Below, piece by piece: positions 1 through 15,849 of a stretch of 64,000 nucleotides of DNA. Under the pieces are notes generated by a model. That model ran no database searches. It was not told the DNA's origin and saw only the letters and a list, made by a program, of their open reading frames with translations. Numbering within the stretch: the first letter of the stretch is position 1; every line of letters begins with the position of its first letter. The DNA is from Blasia pusilla (Eukaryota): positions 44,826,001-44,890,000 of the forward strand of contig CM114271.1 of the NCBI GenBank assembly GCA_050084515.1, in the 5' to 3' direction. Position numbers and translations under genes: made by a program.

Positions 1-1230
1 TAAAGTTTGTATATACAAGGCTATCTTGGATATTATTTTTACGTATTGGAAGAATGAGGAGTATTGGAGTGGATCACGAAGCTCCTAGGATAAGGCAAAG
101 ACGTGGAAAATCAAGGACTTGCCTTGGAGGAGAGGGAAATAAGGTAACGAAGTCTAAAGACCAAGAGCGAAGCTTGAAAAAAAAAAACAATGAAGCCTTA
201 TTAAGAATGTGTTTATGAAGTGCTTCACTCTTGAACAAAGCACGATGAAGAAGAAGAGGAAGAGGTACTTCGTTCGTCAACGAAGAACAAAGAACAAAGC
301 ACTTGGAACAAACACGAAGAATGCATCGCTTTGTCCTCAGACAAAGAGGAAGAGCTTCGTCCTCAAAGGAAGAAGAAGAGGTTCTGACTTCGCAGTGAAG
401 CTAAGACTGGTCGCGATTTCAAACGGCACACCGTGAGGGTAGTTAGGCTAGGAAGAGACGTGGTTTTTGGGACCACATAGAAAGTTAGAACAGTTATGAC
501 TAGCGGATTCATAAGGATCATAGGAAAAGATAAGAGAATTGTAGATCAAAGTAGTTAAAAGATCCCAATAGGTACCTGCTCAACAAGAAGCGCTTTAGAC
601 CTTTAGGACTACTACTGTCTCGAAAGATATTTAAGAAGCATGAAAGTAGTTATCAACATCATTCTCTCACAACGTCCTTATGTTGTAGGAATGGTCCAAG
701 CAAGGGAGTAGTACCCTCTCATGCTTATATACAGTTTGAAGCTTTCTTATTCTTGATGGAATAGTAAAGAATTCCCTTCCGTCATTCTGATGTGCGACAT
801 GTATTCATGAATAATCTCATTGGGACTGCAGGATGAAGAGTAGATCGGGAAAGCACTTTAACAATTAGAATAATCAACAGCAAGTTGTAAGAAATTTGTT
901 CGACAGAGAGTAGCCTGCCAAGATGGATTGAGTTCCGAAAGTAGGAGAAGTCTTCTTGTTGAGATCTCAGTGAGGTTCTTTGGTGTTGAGTGAGTATCTA
1001 CCTGAGTGTGAATTCAATTTCATTGGAGAGAATCGAGGAAATAAATTGTGGTACTAATGAAGAAAATAATACAATGATAACTAATTGAATCCAAATTGTA
1101 TACACTTAATTATAACTATTGCAAGATAAACGCCAACTTAAACTCTCTTTTCAGATAATCGTAATCCTCTTGGGGATCGAACTCATTAAATTACCATAAA
1201 AGATCAATTATTATAATTCAAGGACATTAC

Positions 1231-1842
1231 AGCCATCTATTGGTGCAGTTTGCACGGAGTAGTGCTGGTCAACCACGTGGGAATACGGTGACCACGTTGG
1301 CAGCATTCACATGTGGTGTTTGCTGATCAAGAGGGTTCGGGGAGAGGATCACACATGCGGAGGACATTCCCGTAGCAGATAGTCCCACGGAGAGACATAC
1401 CACAGTGGGTGTCTCTTCCCATGGTGCAGAGTTGCTGTATTATCATTGGGTACGAGCTTTGAGATGCGTGGAGTGCATACGAGCTCGTGAGACACGTATG
1501 GAGCTGTGTTTATGTTTGGAGCAGGGTATAAGAGTGTTAGATCTCTTCAAAGGGATCAACACTACGGGTTGTTGTAGTGTGGCAGTGTTGCAGGGATGAC
1601 GCCATCGATGGTACTAGATGTGTATAGGATAAGAGATCTTGTCGGGAACATATGTGTGTGCTATCTGGAGTTAGGGGGAACCAAGTTCCGACTAGGGGGG
1701 CGATTGTGGGATCCCAATGTACATGCGTGAATGTATTTCGTTTATGCGTGGATCTACCCGTATGTTGGGGAAGATCGGTGTTGTGTGGTAGGTAGATGTG
1801 ACTTGCGATATGGGTTGTGTAGCAATGTGTATGAGCACGACA
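1231..1842 (+). mobile_element. 3' fragment of a family-2 split-repeat retroelement (protease-MTase linker, MTase motif I remnant, 3' UTR, B repeat)
   Basis: Translates to TLAAF...HAEDIPV and EQGIRVLDLFKGINTTG, matching 38440-38820. This is followed by CTAGGGGGGCGATTG (1692) and a B repeat ending GTGTATGAGCACGACA at 1842. Colinear with 52366-52915. Confidence 0.8.
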
Positions 1843-3098
1843 GCTTGGCTTGAGTCCACTGAAGAAAATCACCTTCTTCGTAAACTCATCCATAGAAAGT
1901 GAGTTCAATTATGCACTGAACTCTTGCACATAAGCACTAAGGGACCCACTTTGTCGCAACCGCACAAACTCCATGCCATCGCGATACTCTTGATGTTTCG
2001 GAGTGAATCGATTACCAATCAACACCTTGAACTCTTCCCAACTCAAAGTTGTTCCATGGCCCAGATCTTCTTTGTGATGAGTTGTCCATCAGTGGAGAGT
2101 GTGATCCTTAAGGAAGATGATCGCTACAGTCACCTTGTGCCGCTCCTTTGCCCTTTGCACTTCGAAGTAAAGTTGGAGCTCCTTTAGAAACTCGCTCACT
2201 TTTTGAGAACGTCCCATTCTTGTGAATGGTGTTGGGAAATTTTTCTTACAAAGCTTCTTGCCGAAACTAGAAGCTCCATTTGACTTGAGTTCAATAATTA
2301 GCTTACTCTATTGGGCCATCTGCTTCGTCATCATCTTCCTCAAATCCATCATTTGGACATAAAAGGCCGGGTCGTTTGAGTTTGGAGCCGAAGGCCCCGT
2401 GGAAAGATGCGCGTTTGGGACATCCTCATGTCTGGGACTCAATACTTCGGGAGTCGCTATCTTCTCCTCTGGCTCGCGGTTAGTCATTGATTCGTCACTC
2501 ATCTTTTTTTAGTTTGACTCGCGACTTCCTTGGTTCTTCGCCCTTGGTCACCATCTTCTAGTCATCGCTTTCTTAGATCTCCTCCTTGTCTCTTGCATTC
2601 CTCCTCGAGCGTTGAGGTCTCCTTGCTTGATTTCTTCTCAAGTGTCCAAATCTTAGACGGCCCCAAGTTCACGCTCACAAAGGATTTTCTTTGATTCCAT
2701 GTGTCGTGCGCCTACTCTCCTTGAAAGTTAATCTTTGTTGTTGCGGAAGCGTGCGTTCAGTAGGTCACACTCTCAACGTTGTCTACATCCAAACACGCAC
2801 TCACATTAGTCGGATCTGGATCAATTAGCGGTTCTAACTTGCTGAGTGCTTGACTCGGCCTCTCATCAAGCTCAACCTTCCTAGTTTCGCAGTTTACAAC
2901 ACAGGAAAGTCTCGAAAGACTTGGGACTGACTTTCTGGTCGGTTCAGGAACCTCAAACGGTGTTTCGTGCCTAGACTTTTCCAAAAGAACTTACCAAAAG
3001 CCTCTCGAAAGAGCAATCATCGTAGCGTGAGTCCACTAGAGTTTTGATGTTCTGCTCGACGTCTATTTGGTGCTCGTTTGGTTATGAGGATCGCGACA
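1843..3098 (-). mobile_element. 5' part of a Ty3/Gypsy chromovirus: LTR (2702-3098), degenerate PBS and gag remnant
   Basis: LTR is TGTCGCGA...CGCACGACA on the minus strand and homologous to 7435-8460 and 53995-54293. It is followed by TGGAATCAAG (resembles the tRNA-iMet PBS TGGTATCAGAG). Gag-like peptides SWEEFKVLIGNRFTP and MDEFTKKVIFFSGL. Confidence 0.65.
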
Positions 3099-3316
3099 TA
3101 ACCCTAGTTAAGATAATCGTGCTTAATTGACTAACCAAGATTAAGCTTCCCTTATTCGTGTGAGTACCAAATGTAGCAGTTCAACTGTGTAATGAGCTTG
3201 ATTGTAACTCAGTCTTCAATATATTTATCAAGTGTAACTTGTCGTCATCAATTATAATCAGTAATATATAACTATACGTAATTATAAATGTTAGAATCCC
3301 AAAGCTACATTTTTTT

Positions 3317-6300
3317 CTAGAAAGAGTGAGATTCAATTCTTCTAGTCTTATCAGGGTCATGAGACGAGTAGGACATAAGCTTTCTATGTGTGTCTTTCAT
3401 AACCCTCACATTTCTATCTTCTATTGCACATCCTTTTCTAGCACTATCATCCACAAAAGGAATAGTCTTCTCATGAATGAACTCTCTCAAGATATTATTC
3501 ACTTCTCATATAAGCGAGAGAATTTTTTGCTCCTTTAGGCTATGTGCACATTCTTACAAGCCCAAATGGAGTGCGCATGGTGGTAATATATCTACTCTAT
3601 GTAGCTAATTGGAATTGATCATATCTTGAGTGAAAATCTCCTATCAGATAGATAACACCGGCTACAAAAGCTTCATAAACTTCATCTATTCTAGGCCCCC
3701 GCTCCCATACTTCAAATGGTTACCTTATTTTTTTCTTGCATATCTTGAATGAACCAGAGAGCTTCTAATGTCTTTGGCACAATAAACCATCAACACGAGT
3801 AAAGATCCCCTTGAGCTCTAAGATGCCCATCTACATCTTCTCTTTCAATAGCTCAATGAGCTTAGAAATCAAAGTTCATGGTACTAGTGTGGGTTTCAAA
3901 TCCCAAGGCACATATGAAACTCTGAAAATTACCATAGGTCCCATCACTCTCATATCTACATAACCAATTTCTTGTGTAGTAAAAGAGAAGGCCTTATCAT
4001 GTCTTCTTAACATCTCCCGAAAACTTTTTATTTCAATAAGAAACTCACCCCCTCCAATTTGCAGTCCACTTAGTGTCTCCTCTATGAACTTGTATCTTAT
4101 CTTCCTTAGATCATGTAGATTTGGCTCCATTGATGCACATTCTACTTGTTTCCTAGAGCCCTATGATAGTTGAGTAGCCATTGGTTTCACTATTTGACCT
4201 ATCGGCTTGTACTTTATGTGCACTCGTGCCTCAAGGGGATGTTCTTCTACCTCAAACTTGTGCCCATATGCTTCCTTCTCCAAAGATCGATATCCATTTT
4301 CTCCTTAGATGAACCTTGCTATTTCTTCATGAATTGTAATCACCCACGTACCCAAAGACTTAGTGTTCATTTATATGAACACCTCCTCAAGAACATCTCT
4401 TAAACCCTCTTCTTTATACATCCCACTAATTAATAAACTCTTCATCTAAGAAAGTACCCTTAGATTTTAACAAACCTTTTTTTTAATAAAAAAATCTTCT
4501 TTTCCTCACATTCATTGCTTGGAATCTACTAGACCACAAAGAAATACATTGAGAAAATCCACACCTAAACATGTATGATTCTTCCCTCTCTGCTAGTGGA
4601 AGACTCTTTCTTTTTTTTGCATCCCCATTATTCCTATTATTCCCGCTATATACAGAAGTGCTAACTAAAAATCCGAAAACTCTTTTTCTACCTTTATAGG
4701 ACCATCTCTTAATTTCTACCTGTTTTATTCATGATCTACTCGTAGAGTAGATCATGAATTGAATTGATTTAATTCCATCTTGACTTCTAATACAAGTATA
4801 ATGAGATCCATCGTCCATCACTTTGGTCTCCATTCTAGATGTTGTGATGTAGGATTGCCCAAGAATCACAAGATAAGCATCTCCATTTTGAACAAAGAAA
4901 TTTTCCTCAATTAAGATATCTCCAATAGGAGTTTTAACGGCTGGAAAAATATGATATAGTTCATATTTTTGACTATCAGCCGCACGTAGTAGCCATCCAT
5001 GTCATGTATCAATTGGCCACATCCCTTTGTCGTATATACTTTGAGACATGATGTCGATCTCCAAACCATGATCAAATAGAGCCAGAACTTACTCTTGGAG
5101 AAGCCAAGTTTAACTCTGGCCTCCTTCGTCAAATATGTCTAATATGATCAAGAATAGTGACCACCATTGTGCCTTTCTTCACCTTGTTTTGTTAAAGGTT
5201 CTCCTACTCTCGCCTCTTCTTCGTGCAAGTCAAGCTTTTGTCAAAAAACTTGGCCAAGCTCTTCGCCTTTTAGATTCTTTAATGATATTTGTATCCATGC
5301 CCTCACCATCACCATGTATATCTATAGCCATCTGCCTCTACCTCTTGATCACATGTATATCAACTCATGAAAGTCACGTTTGATTATCCCCAAGACTTCC
5401 CTCAAAGAAAACTCTATTTTTGCATCCAAAATCCTCTCCTTGAGAATCTCCTTAAAATTTGTTCTTGTCTCGAGATCAGATTGCAATTTATATGTAAAAG
5501 TCTTACATATGGTCTTTTGAGGAGATCTCCTTTCCTTATCCTTCATTCCAAGGTCTTTCATATGAGAATCCTCATAGATTTAGACGTAGAAGCCCCTTCT
5601 TCTCTTGATGGCTGCAGCTCCGATTGCCCTTTCCTTCTTGTAGTTCTCACTTTTTTTCAACTTCCTCAAGATCAAAATTATCATTATTGCGTCGTCTCTT
5701 CTCCTCCATACTTGCATCTTGCCAACTAACATATTTCTCTTATGTTAGATATGCTTTAACACACCCAACTTCCACGAGACCATCCCATCCGGTTAGAAGA
5801 CGGATAGTCTCTACACTTGTAGCATCACTTCTTGAGGAAACTGTAACGATTCACTCTTAGGTACAGACACAATACGTGCTTCTATCTTTACTCCAAAGGT
5901 ATCAAATATTGTAGTAGCAACTTCTACTTGACCTCTCAATAAGCTCTTCGTTCTTCCTTTACCAAAGTTTGTATTGAACGACATACTAGTCTGTGTTGAA
6001 TGAATCTTTCCATCCCTAAAGTTAACATCTCTATTCCTAAGAGCTTTTGAGAACTCCTCATATTCCCCGCATGGATGCTCAAAAATATCCCACCATATGC
6101 ATTTCCTCACAAAGTTCCTATTTGTTGAAGGAGGACCAACACTATGATTCTTACCAAAATTAAGCTTTACCATTTCTACTCTCAATTCTCTCAAACCTTT
6201 CACCATGCAACTCATCAATGGCAAAATCTTCAACCTTTGTTGCTATAAGCTTAGGAAAAGAATTTGGAATTGGTACCTCTTGCTTGAACATTACTGCTCT

Positions 6301-6600
6301 ACCTCTACTACGGCTATGCTTTGTGAGGATGGCAATAGCTTCTTTTACTTTCTTCCAATCCGTACTTACACCTCCTTATCTGCTAGCATTAAGGAAAAGC
6401 TTGTCCTCCAAATTTCATGACTATCGTTGTGTATGGAAATGGAAATCCAAATTTTCTTCCCTTTGGTAAATCATGAAAGTAGCCGTGAGTTTTGGTGCCA
6501 TCCATTTGGGAGTCAAGAAAGGATTTAAGGATTGTTGAAAAATAAGAACTCCTCAATACTCTTGGATATAGCTTGCAACATAACCTTCGTTTCAATTACT
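3317..6600 (-). pseudogene. Degenerate Ty3/Gypsy gag-pol (gag, protease region, RT)
   Basis: RT remnants MNNILREFIHEKTIPFVDD, RTPFGLVRMCT and VPWDLKP. Gag-like pieces in ORFs 5349-5561 and 5811-6233. Many stops and frameshifts. Confidence 0.6.
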
Positions 6601-7103
6601 TAAGCCAACTTTGAGTGTCCCTAATATATTGGAGTTGTAGATGTGATCATAAAGGACCCTAGATTAAATACTTACTCTCTTGCGCACAAGTCCAGATGTG
6701 TACCAAACTTCAACTTTTTGTTCTCTACTTTAGATCTTAAGAGTGTCCTTTGAGATGAAGGAATGTAAACTCAAACCTTCAAATGTGCATGAGGCTATTG
6801 AAGCCCTTGAAATTCATCTGAGCCAAAATTTTTGGCTAAATCATCTGTTCAAGTGCTCATTTAGCCATAGAAAATTACCTTTTGATTAATATCTTCTTCA
6901 GATCATGTTTCAATTAAGACACTTATGGATGTGAAACTAGCATTGAGCATGTCAGACCAAAAATTAAGAGTGAGAATCATTTTTTGTGTTCATACCTTGT
7001 CCTCAATTGTGGCTCTTGGAAGCCATACATACACATTCAACATGAGGGATGCTCAAAGCTTATATTCTAAGTTAATGGATATTCTTCCATATGTAAAACC
7101 AAG

Positions 7104-7135
7104 CCCTAAAACCCTAAACCCTAAACCCTAAACCC
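7104..7135 (+). repeat. Short interstitial plant telomere-type repeat (CCCTAAA)x4
   Basis: ccctaaa-a-ccctaaa-ccctaaa-ccctaaa-ccc read directly from the sequence. Confidence 0.85.
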
Positions 7136-7434
7136 AAAGCCATAGCAAGAGTTGAATGTGAAGCATGCATACAAAGTTCAAATCCATAATTCAAAGGTCT
7201 CATTGACTCAAAAGAAACTTAGATTTCCTTGAATCTCATCTACTCTCATGGCATAACATAAGTTTTCTTTTAATTTTCTATGGAGATGTTTGTCACTATT
7301 ATGGTTTCTTTCCACATAAGCCTGATGGTATACGTCCAAAATCTCGTCATAGTAGACTTAGACATAATCTAGGACCTAGTAGCCATCATCCCAAGCACAA
7401 TTGAAAATTTTTAAGTGGGTAGAAGTAGATCTTG

Positions 7435-8460
7435 TGTCGTAACCCTCATAACCAAACAAAACCAATTAGGCTCCAAGCAGAACATCAGAATTCAAGTGGA
7501 CTCACGCTACGATGTTCGCGCTTTGGAGAGACGTTTGGAAAGGTCTCTTGGAAAAGTCCAAGAGACGGAACGCGGAAAAAAGTTATGCATCTCATGCGTT
7601 AGTGGTTGCGACCAAAAAACCTAGACCAAACGCGAGCCAAGACTTGAGATGAGTTGAGTCTTGGAAGGTTGGTGACCAAAGAGGTGAGAACCAGTTTTGG
7701 AACACGACTAGCGTTTGGGGAATTTGACTATGTTTTGGACCATAATTTTTGGCTTTGAGATGCGTTTGGGATAAGTAAGGGCGCGTTGGAAATCTTATCT
7801 TGAGACACTTCCAACGCACTAAAGAGATCAGAAAACTCATAAGTAAAAGCTAAGATATTGGCCAAAACAACTATGAGAGCAATCGGGTAGAGGGCCAATT
7901 AGAGAGGCCCGGGTGTCTTTCCCTAAATGTAGGGAACCCCGGAGATCCCCAGAAGTACTAATAAGGAGGAGTCTCTCCATGATGTCTTGGAACACGAATC
8001 CCCACTTTAAGCACCAAACAGCGTCTCAGAGGCACGGGATGAAACGGGAGTTTGGGGTTGGAACTCGAAACCCAAACCTGATCCAAGGGAGTGGACTTTG
8101 TATGCCACACTTGGATTCCAACCCAAGATTCACTTTGTGCGAGTCTTGGTTAGGGACTTATTGGATATCCATTGGACAGTTGGAACCGCTAGGCGCAAAC
8201 ACCGTTTGAGGTTCCTGAACCGACCAGAAAGTGTGTCCCAAGTCTTCCAAGACTTGCACGTGTTGTAAACCACGAAACAAGGAAGGTTGAGCTTGATGAG
8301 AGACCGAGACAAGAACTTGGAAAGTTAGCCTGCTGATTGATCCAAGACCCGACAAACCAGAGTGCGTGTTTGGATGCAAATCAGCGTTGAGAGCGTGACC
8401 TACTGAACGCACGCTTTCGCAAAAACAAGATTAACGTTCAAGGAGAGTATACGCACGACA
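7435..8460 (+). mobile_element. Solo LTR of the chromovirus family
   Basis: TGTCGTAACC...CGCACGACA. The 5' part matches the PPT-adjacent LTR at 54293, and both ends match 2702-3098. No TSD seen. Confidence 0.65.
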
Positions 8461-8520
8461 TGTTGGGCCAATCTAAGGACATCATTCATAATGCATAATG
8501 AAATCATGGAGATTGAACGT

Positions 8521-8973
8521 TGTCATGTGGAGAGCTTTTCTTCGAGTCAAGGCGGACCTTCCAACTGCGGCAATCGTTAATGCAAGATGAATTCTCTAAA
8601 AACTTCTCTTATTCAGTATAGAATTACTACACACACTCTGTATTCTCTCGCGATAGGAATCACAAATGATAGTGTCAAGATAATCAGTTCTTCATAACAT
8701 TTAACCAAAAAAATCCTAACCATGAAGTCTCTCTAAACTACTTTACGCTTATACGCAAGAAAAATGGCACAACTAGTATTGAACCCTACTTGAGCATGCC
8801 TATTTACATCCATAGATCGCTAAATAAGGACATATAAAGTACAATCCCAAGTCCTTACACATGTGACAATAGGAAGTATCATAAGGGTTGGTGATTGCAT
8901 AATCTAGTACATGAAGGACTCTCCAAAATGGAAGACTAGATAATGAGCGGATAAAAGAGTAAGATATTTCACA
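8521..8973. mobile_element. Probable solo LTR homologous to 51089-51554
   Basis: TGTCATGT...CA ends. Colinear similarity with the LTR next to the gag remnant at 50520-51050. Confidence 0.55.
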
Positions 8974-10748
8974 AATATCTTATTCTTTTACTTAGAAACA
9001 TGATAATTATATCAATATTTATGTACTTTATTCTCAAGTTGCCGTTAGGACACTATACTTCTCATATTTTAACTATTATGTTGCTTTTTTCAATATTTTT
9101 TTTATATCATTATTTTTCTTCCAAGACCGCAATCCAGCCATAAAAGAATAGCTTATTAAAAATCAACCAATCAATTTCAATAGATGCCATCCTATCTATG
9201 CTTCTTTTGGTGGCGAGGCATGCATATATACTATTGTTCAGAAGTTTGTTGCTAAATGCATGGTATGTGATCAAATCCGGACATCATTCAATGTTGTAAC
9301 TCAATAGTTGGATATATTTCCAATTAGGTGTTGATGATGGTCGAGCATTTCTTGAAGTGTATAGAGTTCATTGCATTGTTGGAAAATGCCAATGAGGGAG
9401 TAGCATATCCCTTCCTATATCGAGTACTAAGTCATTATGGTACACCATCATGGTGTTGACAAATCGGGGTACGGAGTTTTCTGGGGACTTTCAAAGCTTA
9501 CGCTGATAGACCAAAGCAATACTTTGCGAAATCATCCTAAGGGGGATGGACTAGTGGAGAAATTTTTTTAAGACGATGAAAAGAAGTTTATGCAAGTATA
9601 TCTTGTAGAGAGATCACATAGGAGATTGGGAGCTAAAATTGTCAATGGGATACAAATTCAGCAAGCGGGTATCCCTAAAGTATTTCTCATCGTATTTTTT
9701 GCTTTATGCCCAAAAGTCTGATTAACCTACGGACGTTCGTCGCAATGATGATGAGGTGTTAATGGATGCGAGCATGTTCTCAAAATTATTAGTTGTTTGG
9801 AAGAGTTATACCCGTGGCGTTTGAGAACTTGGCCATAACACATCATCGGAATACTTTGAGATCTAGGACTACTCGAGGAGGTGATTATTGACTGACAATC
9901 TGAAAGTCTCATCAAGAAGACTTTGTCTACTTCAAGCATATGGCACCTACGATATTGGATGTAACATCAAGATGCACGTACCATCTTGAGAACATGTGAT
10001 GTATTTCTACATGGTGTTCTCTTAAATATTAGAGAGATGCAAAGCTATGGTTTGCAAAGACCATGTGCGATTGATATATTGTAGGAAATACTGCTAAGAT
10101 TGATCCAATTTTAGCAGTAGTTCTTACACTCTTGCATTGTACCTTGTGTGGGCTTGCGCGTGGTGCATCTTGTATGCTAGTATGTGATGGATGTTCGAGA
10201 GGATGGCACGTGATATGTTTGTGGCCACCTCTCATTAATTTCCATCTTAGACTATGCATACGCTCTGGATATACATAGAGTAGAAACTAGATAGTCACAA
10301 ATCCAAACTTGTGTTTATAACATGAATGATAAGAAGGCAATCAACGATGAAGCTAGATGAGGACCCGACCTTTTTCCTCTTAGCGTCTTAGAGATGTGTA
10401 TCGAGGTAGGTAGGGACGTATTGCTATTTGGAGTTGGATAGACCTAATTACTAACTAAGGATATGATTGAAGAAATTTTGGAACTCAATTGTGTCCATGT
10501 TTAGATGCTATGAGTAAGTATCGTTTCTTCTAGGTTTGTGTGTGCATTTAGTGCCAAAGATGTATGTTGTGTAGCGATATGTATGTTCACGACAGTTATC
10601 ACGTCTTTTAGGATAATTGACAAGTTTTGGTAGAGCACCTTTGAAGATTTTGGAGAAGAGCCTAATGAGGTCAAGAATGATCTACTTAGGCCTTGGATAA
10701 TCTGAGTGAGCTCGTTTTCCTTTCGTTTCGGCTCATTTGGATCTATAT

Positions 10749-12502
<1,754 letters not shown>

Positions 12503-13049
12503 ATATAAGTATCTTACTATTTATAGTTATATATAATTATATGTGGATTTGAAATTCTACTTTGGGAAGTGGCTCTTGACACCTTACAAAAGGTCAAGAT
12601 CCAAGTAGATAACCTTTGACAGTGTAAGTATAGATTAACATAGAGAGAGTTTGGAAGAAGAAAATGGGTATATCCAAGGAGAGAGAGTTTCGGAGCTCAT
12701 TCTCTCTTTGTTGAACCTCTACGCATAAGATGGTGGAGCTATATATAGTCGTCCTTGCCTTGCGAGTAACCCAAGCCTCTTGTTAGGAGAGTGGATATGG
12801 TTTGACATGAGAGAGAGATGGAGTTTATGTACACATTGGGAGATATTTGAGTGCTTGTGATTTGAGTGGAGATATTTTGGTACTCGGTCCTTTTGATGTT
12901 TAGATGCCATGAGTTAGTATGGTATCACGTGTGATTTTATGTGTATTGTGATATATGCGCACAACAAAGAAGATGTAATTATGAATCCTGATACCCTCTA
13001 ATCTTTGGAGTAGCTTATTTCAAATGACTCTCTCAAACGAAATTTATCA

Positions 13050-15620
13050 AAGTCTTTAAGAGTAGTATGATTAGGAGGCTAGTCTTCTTTTCTATTTTAA
13101 CTTGTCTTGTGCTAACCCCGATTTTTAATAAGTTACAATCCAACCAACTTAATTTTTTTGAGTTGTACCCAAATATTTGAATAACCTTATAAGGTCCTAT
13201 CCATCTAACTTATAGCTTTCTTTGAAACTTCATATATCTAATGTTGTAAAGTTATACAAAATCTCCAAATTGTATGTTTTGATCTTCGATCTTTGAACCG
13301 TATTGATCTTTTCGTTACTTTTAAATCCGGATATGTTGATGGAGATCATGGTTTATATATTCTTCAAGTTGTGTCAAAGTTACCACTCTATTTTTTCTAG
13401 TTAACTCATCTTCTCCCCTCGCCTCATACGCCACTCTTCAAGTTTGTACCTCCTGTTCAATAAGCATGATTAGATCAAAGCTATATGTCTGGTATGGTGT
13501 GTTTTTTTAGCATTTTTTTCCGTGGTCCGATATGCACATAAGAAGGAAGGTAACTTATTATCCTAGTCGGATAATCCTTTTCAATATCTTACATAATAAA
13601 CCATTAGCCCTCCCTATCAATCCATTAGCTCTTGGATGATACAGTGGTCTTTTTTTTCTTGATCATAAAGTAAATGGCGAGTTATTTAATAGCGTCATTG
13701 AGGAAATAGACCCCTCTCTCACGGAAAAAATCTTGTGAAAAATTATACCCAATGATAATTTGATCCAAGAAGAATTCATCTATAGTCTTAGTATGAATTT
13801 TCTTGGTAACTTAAGCTCCCACCATTTTGGTCAGATAGTTTACAATCACCAAAATATACCTTCTTATTTTGTGCTTTGTGATTTTTTGTATTGGTTTCAT
13901 AAAATGTATTCCCCATTTTTCAAAAATAGCAAGTGGTACCATTGAAGTCAACAACAACTTAGCCAAATTCAAGGGCTAGAATCTTTAATTATGCTAAGAG
14001 GATGATGTTACTCAGATGACCACCGCTTGGATTGGATAATAACTCCTCTGATCATAAAAATCACTAATATAGGAGGAGCAATGACACAAACTATGAACAC
14101 AATATTTAATCCAGTTATAAAATAAATTTGATAAAATTGTATGAATGACTAATATATTATGTCAAATAGCTCAAACAACCAAGATAATATTTGGTGTAGT
14201 AAAAAGTATATATATATATAGTCACGATAATAACTGATAAATTTAAGAAAACAACTTGAATGGTTAGGAAATATAACCGGTACAGTCACAGTCATGAATG
14301 ACTAAAGATAAATAACTCAAACCATCAATGTAATATATGAGTTAGTTATAAAATATAAATGTCACTTTTGGGATGACTACAATAGTCCTAAATATTAACC
14401 CATTTAGTCATATTTAATGACTCGTGTTATCAAAGGGAATGATGTTGTCAGTATGTATGACTCGATCAACCATCTCTTATACTATCATTCGAAAATATCA
14501 GTACAGGTGCCATTATTTGATTGTTTAATAATGATCCATCATTCCTAACATGACACGTGACCATGTAGGATTTGATTTTACAATGATTCTCATTATATCA
14601 TGTCATTTGATGACTTGAAAACTATATTTATCACTAATTCATTACCTACATATGTCCTACAATGATGATTATACAACGATCTTCTTGCCATATCATACAC
14701 AAACTTGCACGCTCGCGTGTCACTCACAAGTCACATCTTAGTCATATATCAATAACTAAGTATTAACTAACTTCAATCACTTACGAATCTGGTAGTGAGA
14801 ATCATTTCCTATAAATGACTCTTTGTATGTCTTTAATGGTTATGAATAATCGTGAGTCATTTACCGTGAACAAAGACTCAACCTAGTAATTTATTGGAGT
14901 CATATAATGTGCAATTTCTTCTCGTGGCTTACCTATTCTTTGACAAGGGTCATAACTTTGGATAAATTTCAAAACACTTTTGTGCATTTTTGCCACCAAT
15001 ATCTACTCTCCATTATCTTCTTTACAATATTTGGTGCATCATAATGACATGCCTCTAATTTTTCATGGAGATCCCAAATAACCCTTTTTTTTTCTCATGG
15101 TTCCAAACACCTTCTCAATATTTCATCCCCTCCTAGCTTATATAAAAATCGTTGATACAATGTATATAGTGAAAACTTAAGTTTGTGTTGGAATATTGTT
15201 TTCTCTTCTCTAGTTATATTTTTTACTATTATCTTGTTTACAAGTACTTCACTTTCCTTATATATTAACTCCTACTAATATAAAAATACATGTTCATTTG
15301 GAAAGGAATAATCCAAAATATTAAAAAGTTGATTTATCTTCAACCTAGACAAGAAGTCTACATTGGAGTATAACACACCTTTCCTTACTTCCACCTTGAA
15401 CTTAAACTCTTGTAGCAACAAAAACTATAAATCCATTTATCTGGTGAGGTCTGCTTTATTCATCAAGTCCTTAAGAGGATAGTGATCCTTACGGAACGTA
15501 AAATCATACCACACCATGTAGTGCAAAGTTTTTTGAAGTGATAAGATCATTCCCAACTGCTTTGTTTCTATTGTTATGTATTTCTTTCCACACTTGATAA
15601 TTGTCTTCCTCCAAAGAAGG
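13050..15620 (-). pseudogene. Highly decayed Ty3/Gypsy RNase H-integrase remnant, interrupted by an AT-rich insert (~14000-14925)
   Basis: Minus-strand traces resembling YHP..NG..E (~13640), W.GPY (~13200), VADFLSRL (~15350) and the integrase HH region (~15050). Heavily mutated. Confidence 0.4.
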
Positions 15621-15849
15621 ATTTTTTGTTCAAGATCATCTGTGTTCGTAGATATGATGTGTGAGTATGGTATCTTCTATTTATGTGTGTACAGATGATG
15701 ACATCAATGTATCTTGTGTAGCGATGTGTATACACATAACAACTTTCTAGGACTCACGAGAATGGTTAGAAATATATTAAATGCACCTTGAGCGCAAGGG
15801 AAAAAAAAACTATAACATGACATACAATAGATGTTCACTTGCAAAAATG

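Noticed and set aside
1-1230. Possible LTR ending GGACATTACA
   Set aside because: No second copy, PBS or TSD inside the window, so it cannot be supported.
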